A stretch of DNA of 63,450 nt, counting the filler, from Olpidium bornovanus S191 (Eukaryota; Fungi; Olpidiomycota): NCBI GenBank assembly GCA_017911155.1. It is 22 parts of 22 records of this genome, joined end to end, with 100 filler letters (N's around TTAATTAATTAA, not from the genome) between each part and the next. Parts side by side here need not be neighbours in the genome. Positions count along the whole stretch, not along the records: positions 8,408 to 12,350 come from JAEFCI010005787.1; positions 12,451 to 15,187 come from JAEFCI010005054.1; positions 15,288 to 17,587 come from JAEFCI010003243.1; positions 17,688 to 19,330 come from JAEFCI010004087.1; positions 19,431 to 21,257 come from JAEFCI010004771.1; positions 21,358 to 23,701 come from JAEFCI010004257.1; positions 23,802 to 25,947 come from JAEFCI010012734.1; 15 more parts are not named here. The stretch is one strand, 5' to 3'. Position numbers and translations under genes: made by a program. Below the pieces are notes generated by a model. The model ran no database searches. It was not told where the DNA came from and saw only the letters and a program-made list of their open reading frames with translations. Below are positions 11,480 through 23,899 of the stretch, piece by piece (position 1 is the stretch's first letter; each line of letters begins with the position of its first letter).

Positions 11480-12665
11480 ACCAAAGCGAGAGGAAAGGGG
11501 CGGGACCCGGCGGGGGCGGGGTGGGTTTGTTCGGGGGTGGTTTTCTTTATTTTTTTATTTTTTTTTATTTTTTTTTTTATTTTTTTTTTTCCGCACTTTC
11601 TGCTGCGGGGAAGGGGAAGGAAGCGACCCTCTTTCCCCGTCCGGCTCCGGCGGAGAAAAGACGCGGGGGTCCGCGGGACGGGGCGGGGGAGGGAAGAAAA
11701 GCGCTCGCTCGCCGGGCCGACGCTTCCCCCGCCGCCCCCCTCCCGCACCGGCACCGGAAGCGGCTCCTCGGTTGGAACAACGCGCTGCGCGGTCTTGCAA
11801 CGCCTCTCCGCATCCGGCCGACACGCCCCTCGCGACAAACGAACGGGCGAGCAAATCGGTTGGGGCGCTGGAACTTATATAGAGAGTCACTTATTGAGTA
11901 ACTGTTTCAGGTTCCGTCGCGCGGTTGCCACTCGGAATCGGGGGTTGCCCGGGTTTTCTCGGAAAAAAGAAAGACGCGTTCCCCCCTCCCCACCTCGTTT
12001 CGTCAGAAATTGCCCTCAATTGCATCGACAACCAACCTGCTCGGGCGTTGAAAAATTGGCCATCACAAAATACGCTCTGCCGCAGAACCTGTACCCGAAA
12101 AGGTTTGTCGGATTGCAGTGGCGCTGAATTGCAAAAATTTTGTCCCGCGGGTCCTTCCGGGGAAGGGAAGGGGGGGGGGGGGGGGGCCAAAACAAAAAAA
12201 GAAAAACTTCGACAGGCGTTTTCCCGGTACATGTTTCTTCTTCCCCGGCACTTTGCCGACGTCCCGCATCCCCGCGGGGGGGTCGTCGTGCGTGAGATAA
12301 CCACAGAGCCGCTGCCCCGAACACCGCCCGACGAGTGAACCCCGACCCGGNNNNNNNNNNNNNNNNNNNNNNNNNNNNNNNNNNNNNNNNNNNNTTAATT
12401 AATTAANNNNNNNNNNNNNNNNNNNNNNNNNNNNNNNNNNNNNNNNNNNNCCGCGGGGATGCCGCAACAGCGGAGGACTCCGCCCCCGCCGGCCCGCCGC
12501 CACGAGCAAAAAAGAAAAGAAAAAAAAAAAAAAAGAAAAAGGAAAAAAGCTTGCGACCAACCTTCCCCCCCCCCCAAGGCCCCCAGGCCCCCCCCCCCCC
12601 CCCCCCTTTTCCCCCCCCGCCCCCCCCCCCCCCCTTCCCCCCCCCCCCCCCCATCTCGAACTTGA

Positions 12666-13185
12666 ATGGGTGAACCGCCGCGCCGTCCGCCCGCCCGGTC
12701 GCCGCCGGCGGCCGGTCCGGCCGCCTCCGCCTCCGCCGCAGTTCCGGAGCGCCGCCTGCTAGGTCTGCAGCACTGGCAGCGCCGGCGGGCCGCCTGGCTG
12801 GGCGGTGCGGAGCGCACGCCGCCGCCGGCAGAACCGTTCGGCGCTCGCGACGATGACGCCGCCGCTCAGCTCCGCCGTCGGCTCCGGCCGGGTGCGTTTT
12901 TCGTTATTCCAGCGCACACCGCCCCCCACGCGCCAACGCCGCCCGCGCGCTTTCTTCGCGCTTGGGCGCCGCTCATTTCCCTTCATTTTTTTTCATTTTG
13001 TTTTTTTTTTTCCCCGCCCCCCTCCTTCCATCGTGCGAATTTTGCAGCGCAGTACCGCCGGGCCTGCGACTTTCTGGTCAGACGGTCCAGACCCCTCCGC
13101 CGGCCGATCCCGCTCGAGCTCGCGATCAAGATCATCGCGGCCGGCGACCGGGAGCCGGAAGGTCGAGCGCCGTGGACGACGACGA
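12666..13185 (+). CDS. Hypothetical protein with a Gag1-like clamp (DUF4050)-type domain; exons 12666-12891 and 13048 onward, 3' end unclear
   Basis: LGLQHWQRRRAAWLG and, after GT-AG intron 12892-13047, AQYRRACDFLVRRSRPLRRPIPLELAIKIIAAG match the two conserved blocks of this family as I recall them. Confidence 0.5.
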
Positions 13186-14478
13186 CGACGACGCCGCCGC
13201 CGCTCGCGCCAGCGGGAAGATCGGATCCGGCCGGAGGAAACGAGAGCGGCGGCGGGGGGCGCGCCGGGGCGGACTCGACGTCCCGGTGCACGAGGAGAAG
13301 GAGGAGACGGAGGAGGACCTCTGCCTGCGCGCCACGGCCGCCGCCGGCCTCCCGGGAAGAAAGAGGAGCACCGTTTTCCCGGTGACTAGGCCCCGCGCAC
13401 GGAGACGACGACGACGACGATGACGACGACGACGATGAGGAGAAGGCGGAGGAGGAGGAGGAGGGACCCGGCGTGCCGGCCTGCCGCCGAACGCGCTTTC
13501 GCGAAACGGATGGAAAAGACGAAGGGGAGCCCGAGGCCGACCTGGCAGACCTTTTCGACCTCAGCAGTTCGCAGGCGGGCAGCGGGGGAGAGGACGAGGA
13601 GGACTCCGACGGCGCGGCCTACATCCCCGACGGGACGTCGTGGCGGCGGCGGCCGGGGCAGCAGGGCACGCGGCGGCGCGGCGGCGGCGGCTGCTTCGCG
13701 CGCGCGGTCGGGGCCCTGCGCAGGCTCTTCTTCGCCTTTACCAGGAGCCGGCGCCGTCTCTGCCCGGTTCACCGGCGCCGCGGTGGCCTCGCCTCGTGGC
13801 CGGCCGACGACGGCTGCGACGACGACGACGACGCCGGAATACACTCGCGCCGCTGCAGCTGCGGCCGCGGCGGCGTCGTGCGTCAGGCCGACTTGATCGA
13901 GACCGGAGGCCCCGTACACAGAATGCACCCCTTCTCGCCTCCGCAGCCGGCTTGCGCTTTTGCCGACCCGCCACCGGCGAAAACCGAAAACGGCAGGCGG
14001 TCCGCTCGCCGGTTTCCCTTGCGAGCCGGGCGCCGTTCTGTATAACGTTAGCGTTGGTTCGGAGGTGGGAGGAGGAGGAGGAGAGGTGGTGGTGAGGGGG
14101 GGCCCTGCTCACAACCGGCCAGGCATACCCCTCCTCCCTCCCCCGAAAATGACTTGCCGAGCTTTGGTTTTATTCCCCGCGCGAGAGATAAAAACATCCA
14201 CCGTTTCACTAATGTTTTTGTTCCTAAAAAAAAGTTACGTGGTGGCAAATGCTTGCGTTTGTTTTGGATGCAGAAACCGGGAAGGACAAAGGTGGGGTTT
14301 GGCGGGTGGGCGGTGGGCGGTGGGCGGGGGGGCGGTTGCGGTCGGCGGGCCGCGCGCGGCGCGGGGGGCCGCGTGATTTTTTTCCCGGGCGAGAAAAAAA
14401 AAAAAAAAAAAAGAAAGAAAAACGAAGAAAAAAAGAGCGCGGGCCGAGAACGGAAAAAAAAAACGTCTCTGGTCTCGT

Positions 14479-14958
14479 TTACGCCAGGTCCATCGCGTCG
14501 CCGTCCCGGTCCGAGGAGGCGCTCTGGTACTCGGCGGCCGTTTGCCCGGTCGTGACCTCCTTGAGGAACGCGTCAAATTTCGGGGAAACGGCTTTTGCGC
14601 AAAAAAAACGGGAGGCGAAGTGGGGGAAAAACATAAATAAACTAGTGAACAAATAAGGCGGGAAAACGTCGGATGCGGCGGGCCGCTCGCCGGGCGGGAA
14701 GAACGTGGAAGGAGAACAAATGCGGGGGAAGAAAGGGAAAACCAAAAAAAAAAAAAAAATCAAAAGCAGGTGGGAAACCCTCCGACCCCTCCCCCCACCC
14801 GCCCACCTTACCAGGTTCTGACAACGGCGCTAGTGCGGCGATGGTCCTGAGCGCGGACCGCATCTGGTCCCGGTTGCGGTCGATCTCCTGTTTGACGGCG
14901 TTCGGTTTCAATTTTGCCATGATCGTGGTTCGGTACGGAGCCACGACGTCATCCAGCT
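14479..14958 (-). CDS. CAND1: Cullin-associated NEDD8-dissociated protein 1 (TIP120), last two exons (14958-14812, 14591-14479)
   Basis: IMAKLKPNAVKQEIDRNRDQMRSALRTIAAL...AVSPKFDAFLKEV...DAMDLA* matches the CAND1 C-terminus; canonical splice sites. Confidence 0.88.
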
Positions 14959-15138
14959 CTGCAGAAAACGCGACGTCAAAGAAAGAGTTTTCAATCCTGA
15001 AATATCTAACGCGCAAAAAGCCAAAAAAAAAATCAAAGGCAAAAAACATCCGTAAACGAACAGCCGGGGAGGGGGGGGGGGGGGGGGGGGGGTCGGGGGG
15101 CGGGGGGGGGCCCCGGCTTGAAATTTTTTTTTTTTCGC

Positions 15139-15179
<41 letters not shown>

Positions 15180-17770
15180 TTCCCCAGNNNNNNNNNNNNN
15201 NNNNNNNNNNNNNNNNNNNNNNNNNNNNNNNTTAATTAATTAANNNNNNNNNNNNNNNNNNNNNNNNNNNNNNNNNNNNNNNNNNNNCTCTCCACTGGAG
15301 ACCACGAGAGCAGTTTGGGCCGATTGCGGAGTGACGCAGAAAAACAGGAGCGGTTTTCCCGCCGGTGATCCTCGTCCAATAGGGTAACGGCCGTGGTTAA
15401 CCTGCATGTCCCCTTTTCCCTCCCCCCCTTCCCCCCCTTCCCCAGGAAACAGAGAAGAAGATGCTTGTTGGCCGCGGTCAGACCGGGAGGGGGGGGGTGT
15501 CAGCGAGAAAATGTTTGAACAGTGTCCCCTAGAGGCCTTTCGTGAAATCCCTGGGGCAGGTCATCGTCTAAAGTGTGAATTCCCAGGCGCATCAGCGCTG
15601 AAGACGCATGCGATGAGGGAAAACGGCCTGCCGAGAAGTGAAAAGGCGGGCTTCCACTTCAAAATGCTTCGTTTGCGGTTCCGCAGTCTCCGCCCGCATG
15701 ATCGCGCATTCGTCAAGATGTGGGATGGCGCCAGCAGCGCAGATCCGCGTAAAAGATTTGGGAGAAGTTATTTGTGCCTATGAATAATTGTCCACGCGCC
15801 AAAACTTCCATCCGTACGCGCGAAAGCTTTCTGTCATTTTGTTGACGTTCACATGCGGAAGCTTTTCCTTTGTTTCGGCGACTTCAGGAGCCTTGTTCAG
15901 AGTTCTGGAGAAAGCGGTGGACGATGTAACAGGCCTGTTCGCCGCTGTGGCGGCCACGGGAGACCGGATGCCGGTGGACGCTCAGCTCTACGGTTCCAAG
16001 TCAACTGCCATCCCCCTCCAGTTCTACAGCAGCAACCGAGTGGTTCGCGCGTACGTCGCCAGGAAGGCTATTTAGCGGACCGGGCGGGCTCCGGCCGCCG
16101 CGGAAAGACGCGAACTCGCCGGCAGGCTGCTGGAAAACGCAGATCGCGCTTCGCCGTGACTTGTCCACTTTTGTCGGAAGACACCGCCGTGAGAATGACT
16201 GCCGCGGTTACGCGGGATGAGCTAGCGGAGGTGAAGATGGCGTCTCGCGCATCAAAAGCGAGTTCGCGTTTGTCGTTGTGGACATTTCCTTGCGTGAACG
16301 TCGCGCCGCCCATAAATTTCACTTTTCGTCGACGTCCACAGGCGAGCGGCGTGGCGTCTGTGGTTCCCTGCAGAACCCTACACCAAGTCCAGGAAATGCG
16401 CGCGGCCAGAACCACCGGTGCCGCGACCGCCGTCAGCCGTCCCGGTATCGTACCTAATCGATCGCGCGGGAGATTGATACGCGCCAACGGGGGGAGCAGG
16501 AGTTCCGGCCGCAGGCTCGCGGGGAGCACGGGACGATCGCGTCGGGCGCGTCAGGTCACTCACGCCACCGCGCGAGGGGGCGCGTCGACGAAGCAGCGTT
16601 CACGACGACCACGCAGGGAATCGAAGGAGGCGGGTCATCAGAAAGATGACGCCTGGCGAGGCGGCCGACGCTGCCAGGTCAGGGTCTGAATTAAAACGAT
16701 TGAAAAGTAGACCTGACGGCCGTCCCGATGCGCGCGGCTCGCCGAGTTTATTTCGTTGTTTTCGGATTTCGTTGGTGATTCTACGGCTTCGATTCTCCCC
16801 CTTTTATATGTGGCCGTGGGGAGGTTTTTATTCGTTACCGTCTTCTAAACAACCAACTACGATTCCATCGCGTCGGCTTTCGATTCTGACTCCGAGCGCG
16901 GCGGCGTTTATATCGATCTGCACTTGCTCGATCTTGATGGGCAGATGTTTTCCCTAAAAGGCGATTGCTGCCCGTCGGAAGACGAGGAGGCTACGGGCGT
17001 CGAGAACAAGCGATCGTACGCGGATCCTGGAGACGCCTCGCCAACACTACGTACGAGGGATGATGGTCTTACGGGGCATTGACCTGCGCTTTTGCCTCTG
17101 AGGTGGGTCGGGTAAACATTGAGCGCGGTCGTTGACGCGCTAAAACATCGGATGCGCAGGTTGACGCTCGCAGATGTCGCATTTTCTAGCAGGGTGCAGC
17201 GATTGCGGGCGACGAGCGTGCGGGGTTGACGACGGCCGCCAAGAAACTGCTGCTGAAATTGCGGGCTGTGTGGAACTCTTCGCTGGCATCCCTGAACGGA
17301 ATCTGCGACAAAATCGAATGATGTTTGGCGAAAGCGGCTCGTCACCAAGGTATCTCTTTGGCTTCCCGGATACCAGCGTCGCCGGTCGATTCGTTCGACT
17401 CGAAGTTGTCAATCAAAAGCCGCCCGTAAACTGCCCCCCGGCGCCGAGACCGACAGGCAGCGACGCGCACTGTCGTTCGTCAGTATGCTCGGACCGCAAA
17501 TTCAGTACTGTTCCATTTGCTCACCCTCTGAGGGCGCCCGGAGGCTCATCAGAGGGATTGAGCTGGAAGAGAAGGACGTGCATGGCANNNNNNNNNNNNN
17601 NNNNNNNNNNNNNNNNNNNNNNNNNNNNNNNTTAATTAATTAANNNNNNNNNNNNNNNNNNNNNNNNNNNNNNNNNNNNNNNNNNNNAACAAAACAAAAG
17701 AAAAACAAAACAAACACGCCCAAAATGGCCAAAGAAGGGCGCCTCACGGGACCGCTTGCCTTCCGCCTCA

Positions 17771-17814
<44 letters not shown>

Positions 17815-19430
17815 CCCCCCCCTATCCCCCCTACCGCGAGTGATTTCCGCGGCGTTGGATCCAAACGGCGTCGTGACGTGCCTCGAGGTCTCCGCGGATT
17901 CCCGACAGGAGAGCGGATGTCGGCGCTGCCGGCCGTTTTGAACTTCGCTGACTGTTGCGCTTCGGTCCGCCTGAGTTCTGCCGTGTCCGGACCGGTGATG
18001 GCGATGCCAATTTCCTGGACGACTAGGATTGCGGCAATGAGGTCCCCGGATGGGGGGCGTCGTACCAGAAGGCGCTGACGTGTGCATCCTGCCGTGTAGC
18101 CCCACCTGATATCTCCGACATTTGTCACCCAGACGGAGTCCCCACGCCGACGGCGAAAGGAGTATACACAAGGTCCATGAAGCCGACAGCGAGGTGCTCA
18201 GCATGAAGACGGGTGGTTCCAAACGCAGCCAGACTGCTTCAAGCCGGTAAGGGCTTGCTCCAAGCGGCAGACGAGATTGCGTGGATCGATAGGGAACGCC
18301 TCTAGCGGTTCGCGAAAGAGGGTGACGTTAATGAAGCCATGCAAAACACGCGAGAGTGATATCCCGTTCATTTATAGCCCAGCCGTTGGCAGCTGAGACA
18401 GTAGGGACACCAAAAAAATTGTAGGGGCACCCGCACAACGGGACTGTAATGATTGATGATGTTGTTGCCTTGCCATTGAATGCGACCAACGAATCTAGCC
18501 TGGCAGCGATAAATTGGTCTCGTCGGGACGCAGCTTCGGGCGGGAAATTCCGTTTTTCCTGTGAGGCGCAGGAGGGAGATGACCCGAGGGGAGGACGGTT
18601 TCTCCTTGCGCCCAAGCGTTTGGCGGAGCGGGGGCTCTCCGGGCCGCACATTCGCGGCGGTGGGAAAACCTGGAGGCTGCCTCCAAGCGGGGCGGCCGGG
18701 CCGCAAGGAAGGCGGCTGTGGTAAACCGGGCGCCGGACGCTCGACCGAAGGCATACGCCGCAGCAGCCGCGTGGACAACCTGTGCGGACCTCCGTCGCTG
18801 CTTCTACGTCCCCAGGATCACCGTCGGAATGACAATTCGTTTCCTTTTACGGTATGGTTGTGATGGGCGCGGCGCCCTTACCTGCCGCTTAGCGGCCCAT
18901 TGAGCCTCCATCAAAGCGGGCAAATCAAGTGACCGGCATGGTTGCCCCCCCCCCCCCCCCCCACACACACACCCACTCTCCCACCCCCCGCCCCTCCTAA
19001 GGACAAAATGGGGGATTTTTTTGTCTTTCTTTATTTTGAATTAACGGCGGTACAAAGGTAGAATGACAAAAGTGAATTACACGAGATATTTCAATACGCC
19101 CTCGGTTCAATCATGTGAACCAAAAAGAGAGCTACGAAGAGGGCAATATAATTCGATGGACGAATAAGGGATGATTTGCAGTGCTGGTGTAATGATCCGC
19201 ATCCTCGTTCATGTTAGTCATCCTAAGACGCCGTACGCGGATTTCCTGATCCGTTTTGAATCGGGCCCGCGGGAGAGCTTTTGTCAGCGTGTCCATCCGT
19301 TGGAGAGACACGCGCTCCACTGTTATGGGTNNNNNNNNNNNNNNNNNNNNNNNNNNNNNNNNNNNNNNNNNNNNTTAATTAATTAANNNNNNNNNNNNNN
19401 NNNNNNNNNNNNNNNNNNNNNNNNNNNNNN

Positions 19431-20170
19431 CACCTCCGCTAGGCGGGCTTCCAGCTGGCGGATGGCCAACTGGTAGTCCGCCTCTTTCTGCAGGAGTGTC
19501 GGTCCTGCGGCAGAGGCAACGGGGGAAGTCGAGGTCTGGTTTTGCGTCATGTTAGGCGTTGCTACCATGTACTGTGGACAGTCGAGTTGCGCTTTTGTGA
19601 CACTGCGGTCAGGTCCTTGGTTGAAAGAGGTCGCAAGGCGAAAGTGTTGTATTTCAGGTTGGAGAGATATTACTCTCAAGGTAAGTACGTAAAGTACAGA
19701 AAAGGCAAGCCAAGAAGAAGGTCGATAAGGCAGTACACAGGCGGGAAAGGGGGTTGCTATTTATGCAGAGAGGTGACGCGCCGGCGCGCCATCGTCTGCC
19801 TTCCCTGCGCCACTTGCGAAGTGCGCAACGTTGCCGTAGGCCCCATGCGGACCCGCGCACCCTCGCTGGTCTCTGCGTGGTGTCCCTGTCCGTGCTCGTG
19901 GGCGCCGCGCGGACGCATGGTCTTGGTTCGCGTCGGGTGCTCTTATGCGTCCTCGTCGTGAGGACGTTGACCTTGCGGGGGACCGTGGTGAGGGATGTTG
20001 GCGGTTTCGGGAGGGTTGGTTGTGGCGTCCCCTGGGGGGCAAGGGGGAAAAGGGGAAAGCCCTTGAGCACCTGAAAAATTACTCCCCGACGGGCGGGGGT
20101 TTTTTCCGCATGGCCCCCGGCGGGTTACCGGATGTTCGCACTGACGGGCCGCCGAGCGTGGCACATCACA
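19431..20170 (-). mobile_element. LTR retrotransposon 5' end: about 600-bp LTR (20170-19568, TGT...ACA), PBS (19567-19556) and gag start (ATG 19550)
   Basis: Minus strand TGTGATG...CACAGTACA|TGGTAGCAACGC; TATA-like CATAAATAG near 19760; ORF MTQNQTSTSPVASAAGPTLLQKEADYQLAIRQLEARLAEV runs to the contig end. Confidence 0.75.
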
Positions 20171-20171
20171 C

Positions 20172-21257
20172 ATGGACAACGCGCGCAAGTTCCGCTCGCA
20201 TGCATTCGAGGACTACTGCACGGCTATGGGCATCGACCTTACGTACTCGGTCCCATGTGCACATGAACAGAATGGACTTGCGGAGTCATTCATCAAGCAG
20301 ATCCAGCTGATTACCCGCCCCCTCCTGATGCGTTCGGGTTTGGCTGCGTCGGCTTGGAACATGCGGTATTACATGCTGCAGTGCTAATTCGCCTTTGCCC
20401 ATCATCTTTGGAGACAAAGTCTCCCCAGGAACTGATCTCGGGCCGTGTCCCGGACATCAAGCACCTCCGCGTGTTTGGCTGCAGGACTTGGGTGCCTGTG
20501 GAACCGCCACGCCGACTCTTTAAACTCGCCGCCCAATGCCGAGAAGGCATCTATGTCAGATTTGATTCCCCGAGCATCATCCGTTACCTGGACCCGTCAA
20601 CTGGATCGTTGCGGCGTGCCCAATATGACAACTGCACATTTGACAAGAATATTATCCCTAAGCTAAGTACCGAGGGAAATTTTGATGGCGCTGCCTGCTT
20701 GAATTTTGCAGCTCGTGAGTCTCTCACGATGAATCCTGATCCGCGCACTGCACTAGCAAAGACTGAGGTCTCCAAGCTTTTGCACCTCTACCGCCTAGCG
20801 AATGAGTTTCCGGATGGTTTGCGAACTCGGCCCGAATCACTCAGTTGCCCATCAACGAGGCTCAGAACGTCCCAGCCAGGGTTGCGGTGGAAAGTACCGG
20901 GTCCCCGAGTAATACTCCACGGCTTGCGGGGCCGCCTGCTCCCAGTGCGAGGAACTTCGCCCCGACAAGCCCTCCAGTGCCTGCTCGTGCTGCTTGTTGC
21001 AACCTGCCCGCTACTCCAATCGCTGCTGCGAAGCAGGTCCGTGGCCCCGATTTACGACCCCGGAAGCGACGTTCACCGGCCGAGGTTGCTGCAGACAAAG
21101 CAGCTGCGGCTGCGCATGGTCTCGGTGGGGCTGCACCATGCAGGGGATCACTTATTCTGGAGGAGCCACAAATCCTTTCCGCTGATCTCCCAGGACGGCC
21201 GGTTACTCCGGTTCCTGCCAATCCACAGATTGCCTCTGCGCCGTCTCCAGCACCCGA
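20172..21257 (+). mobile_element. Ty1/copia integrase core and downstream pol linker, pseudogenised (frameshifts at about 20358 and 20820)
   Basis: MDNARKFRSHAFEDYCTAMGI...HEQNGLAESFIKQIQLITRPLL...(W)EHAVLHAAVLIRL...KHLRVFGC...GIYVRFDSPSIIRYLDP: rve D..E catalytic region and the copia LRVFGC motif. Confidence 0.93.
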
Positions 21258-21357
21258 NNNNNNNNNNNNNNNNNNNNNNNNNNNNNNNNNNNNNNNNNNN
21301 NTTAATTAATTAANNNNNNNNNNNNNNNNNNNNNNNNNNNNNNNNNNNNNNNNNNNN

Positions 21358-22685
21358 CATGCCACAGATTGCATCGTAAGTGATCTCTTTGGTGATGAAA
21401 AAGGGTACGTCGAACTGCCAGGGATGCCCATCGACATCCTGTAAGCGGACTGTGACGATGGCGGTACTCGTCAGTCCACTGGCACGTCCGTCTGCAAAGC
21501 GTAAGCAAGTCTTGGTGGGGGTCGGCGTCAATCCGTTGGCAAATCGGGAATGGAGAAGGTTGCCCGCGGATCCGCAGTCCAGTAAGACGGCGGCATTGCG
21601 GTTATTGACCTTTCCGTGTATAATCATTAAAGGACTTTCGAGCGTATGCGAGGAAGGTGTAAGTGAAGTTGTGATAGCATTGCGGCTGACAACATGGCAT
21701 TCTGTCTCGCCTCTTTCCTGCGGCGATTCAGTCAAAGAGGCGTTCAAAAGCCCGGTAACGGTAGTCAGAGTTTCGGTGGGGTGGGAAGGCGCCGAGGCCG
21801 AGGTCGGCGCCGCTATCAGTTCTTTGAAAGCGTACGACGGCCATCTTGACGTTCCTTCTTGCGAGGGCACTCGTGGGACATGTGGTCAGTGTCCAGTTCA
21901 CGACAATACAGACATGCTTTATGCTCCCGCAAGAACGCGCGCAGGGCGTCTGTCAGGGGCAGAAACAGTTCAAAGTCACCACAATTCTCCTTCGTAATCC
22001 TGGGTTTCGGCTTTGTCTTTCTGTCCTCATTATCCTTTGGAGTTCGTTCCCGGAGGGAAACGTGTCGCTTGGTGTTAACGGCGCCGATTCCATAGGCGTC
22101 GGCCCGTCATGCGACTTCGAGGGGTGCCATCTGTCTTTTCCTCGATGACGCTGGCGATCAATCTCGCCTTTGCCTCGTTGACGTTGACGGTCAATCTCGT
22201 CAAGCTCCTCCGCGGTGGAAACGGCTTCGGCGAAGGACGAGATCTTCATTACGCGGAGGTCCCGCTGCAGGGTCTCGCTCAGCGAAGATAAGGTGGGTCT
22301 TCCGCGGTTGGCAGATGGCGGCGGTGAGCGGCGGCGGCGGTGGCCAGAAAGCGGCTGCGATGGTGCAGCGGCTACCGGAAAGCGGCGGTGTCAAAAGCGC
22401 AGCGGCGGCCAGAAAGCGGCTGTGATGGTGCAGCGGCTACCGGAAAGCGGCGGCGTCAAAAACGCAGCGGTGGCCGGAAAGCGGCTGCGGCGGTGAGGAG
22501 GTCCTCTTCGTCCCGCGGTCAGCGGGGATGGCGGCGGTGAGCGGCGGTGAGGAGGTCCTCTTCGTCCCGCGGTCAGCGGGGATGGCCGTCGCCGGCTTCT
22601 GCGGTCAGCGGAAGGTCCTTCTTCCCGCGGTCAGCGGGTGGCGACGGCAGCTTTTTTCTAGAGCGTTGCTACCATGTACTGTGGA
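21358..22685 (-). mobile_element. Degenerate Ty3/gypsy element 5' half: LTR end, PBS (22674-22663), repeat-rich leader, gag (GPTPME motif, Zn knuckle), aspartic protease
   Basis: Same CACAGTACA|TGGTAGCAACGC junction as the element at 19431-20170; HDGPTPMES; CLYCRELDTDHMSHEC; IIHGKVNNRNAAVLLDCGSAGNLL (DxG protease) with no pol domains ahead of it. Confidence 0.88.
22341..22640. repeat. Tandem repeats in the gypsy leader (about 65-bp unit x2.3 and about 55-bp unit x2)
   Basis: GGCCAGAAAGCGGCTGYGATGGTGCAGCGGCTACCGGAAAGCGGCGG repeated; GGTGAGGAGGTCCTCTTCGTCCCGCGGTCAGCGGGGATGG repeated. Confidence 0.85.
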
Positions 22686-22762
22686 AGGTCTTTTACGCGT
22701 CCTGTGAGGTACGGGTGCAGGTACGGCGGGGGCGGGGGGGGGGGGGGGGGGGGGGGGAGTGG

Positions 22763-22811
<49 letters not shown>

Positions 22812-23575
22812 GGTGGGCGGCAGTAATGCCAGGCGTTGTGGTCACGGAGGCGCGCGGGCGACGGTCGTCTCGGCGTCGCCCCCGCCTCCTCCTTCCGCCT
22901 CGGGCCCTTTGGGCCGCCGTCGTTTCTCTTCTGGAAGGTAGCGGCGTCCCGCCCCGCTGTCGCCCGGCACGCCGTCCCGGCACGTCCCCGGCGCACCCTC
23001 CGTCCGAAATCTTGCCCGTCACCAGCTGCCCGTCCACGTTACCAAGCAGGTGGCTCGGGAGGGCGGAATTGGGATGACGCCACAATGTGGAAGCTGTGTG
23101 CAGCAATATCTGTACTCAGTTAGCCACATCTTTCCGAATATATCCGGTGTCAAAGGGACTGCAGGGGGTTTCCATCACTGTGCAGTGCGAAATATTGGGG
23201 TGACACAACAGTGCACGCGTCGTGCGGCGCCCCAGGGGTGATGTCACCCTGCCTGATCCGAAATCCCACGTGCGAATCGCGTTGCCTGAAGCTTTGCTGC
23301 CAAGCAGCTGCGACAATACTCTGCCGGAGTGAAAATCCACCCGAGGCCCCACAGGGTTATAAACCCTCAGGCCGACAGTGCTTCCCCACAAAAAGGATTT
23401 AGAAATTCGTAGTCCATACATCCCCAGCCACCCGAAAGAACATCTCAATCCCTGGTCTCAAGCAAACGCCCGCCGTCTCGAAACCAAGCGCGCCTCGATC
23501 CCCCCGCCCCTGTCGTGTGGCGCCATTTAAAAAGTACTTCCTCGCCACTCTTGCCACGTTTTCGGCCTCCATCCC

Positions 23576-23630
<55 letters not shown>

Positions 23631-23635
23631 ACCCG

Positions 23636-23669
<34 letters not shown>

Positions 23670-23899
23670 CCCCCCCGCGGCCCCCCCCCCCCCCCCCGCC
23701 CNNNNNNNNNNNNNNNNNNNNNNNNNNNNNNNNNNNNNNNNNNNNTTAATTAATTAANNNNNNNNNNNNNNNNNNNNNNNNNNNNNNNNNNNNNNNNNNN
23801 NCATGGCGGTTATCCAATTGACAATTGCAACCGAAGAAAAATATCAAGTAAGCAGGCACGCTTCGACGGTCCAACCCGGCCAAGAGAAAGCGCGCCCAC

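Noticed and set aside
15788-17635. Protein-like frames (16068-16529 minus, 15788-16075 plus, 17174-17635 plus)
   Set aside because: No recognisable motif, and the coding strand cannot be decided from codon-aligned antisense pairs.
22341-22640. Spaced repeats resembling a CRISPR array (also 35055-35210 and 56546-56651)
   Set aside because: Plain tandem duplications with no unique spacers, no cas genes, and a eukaryotic context.
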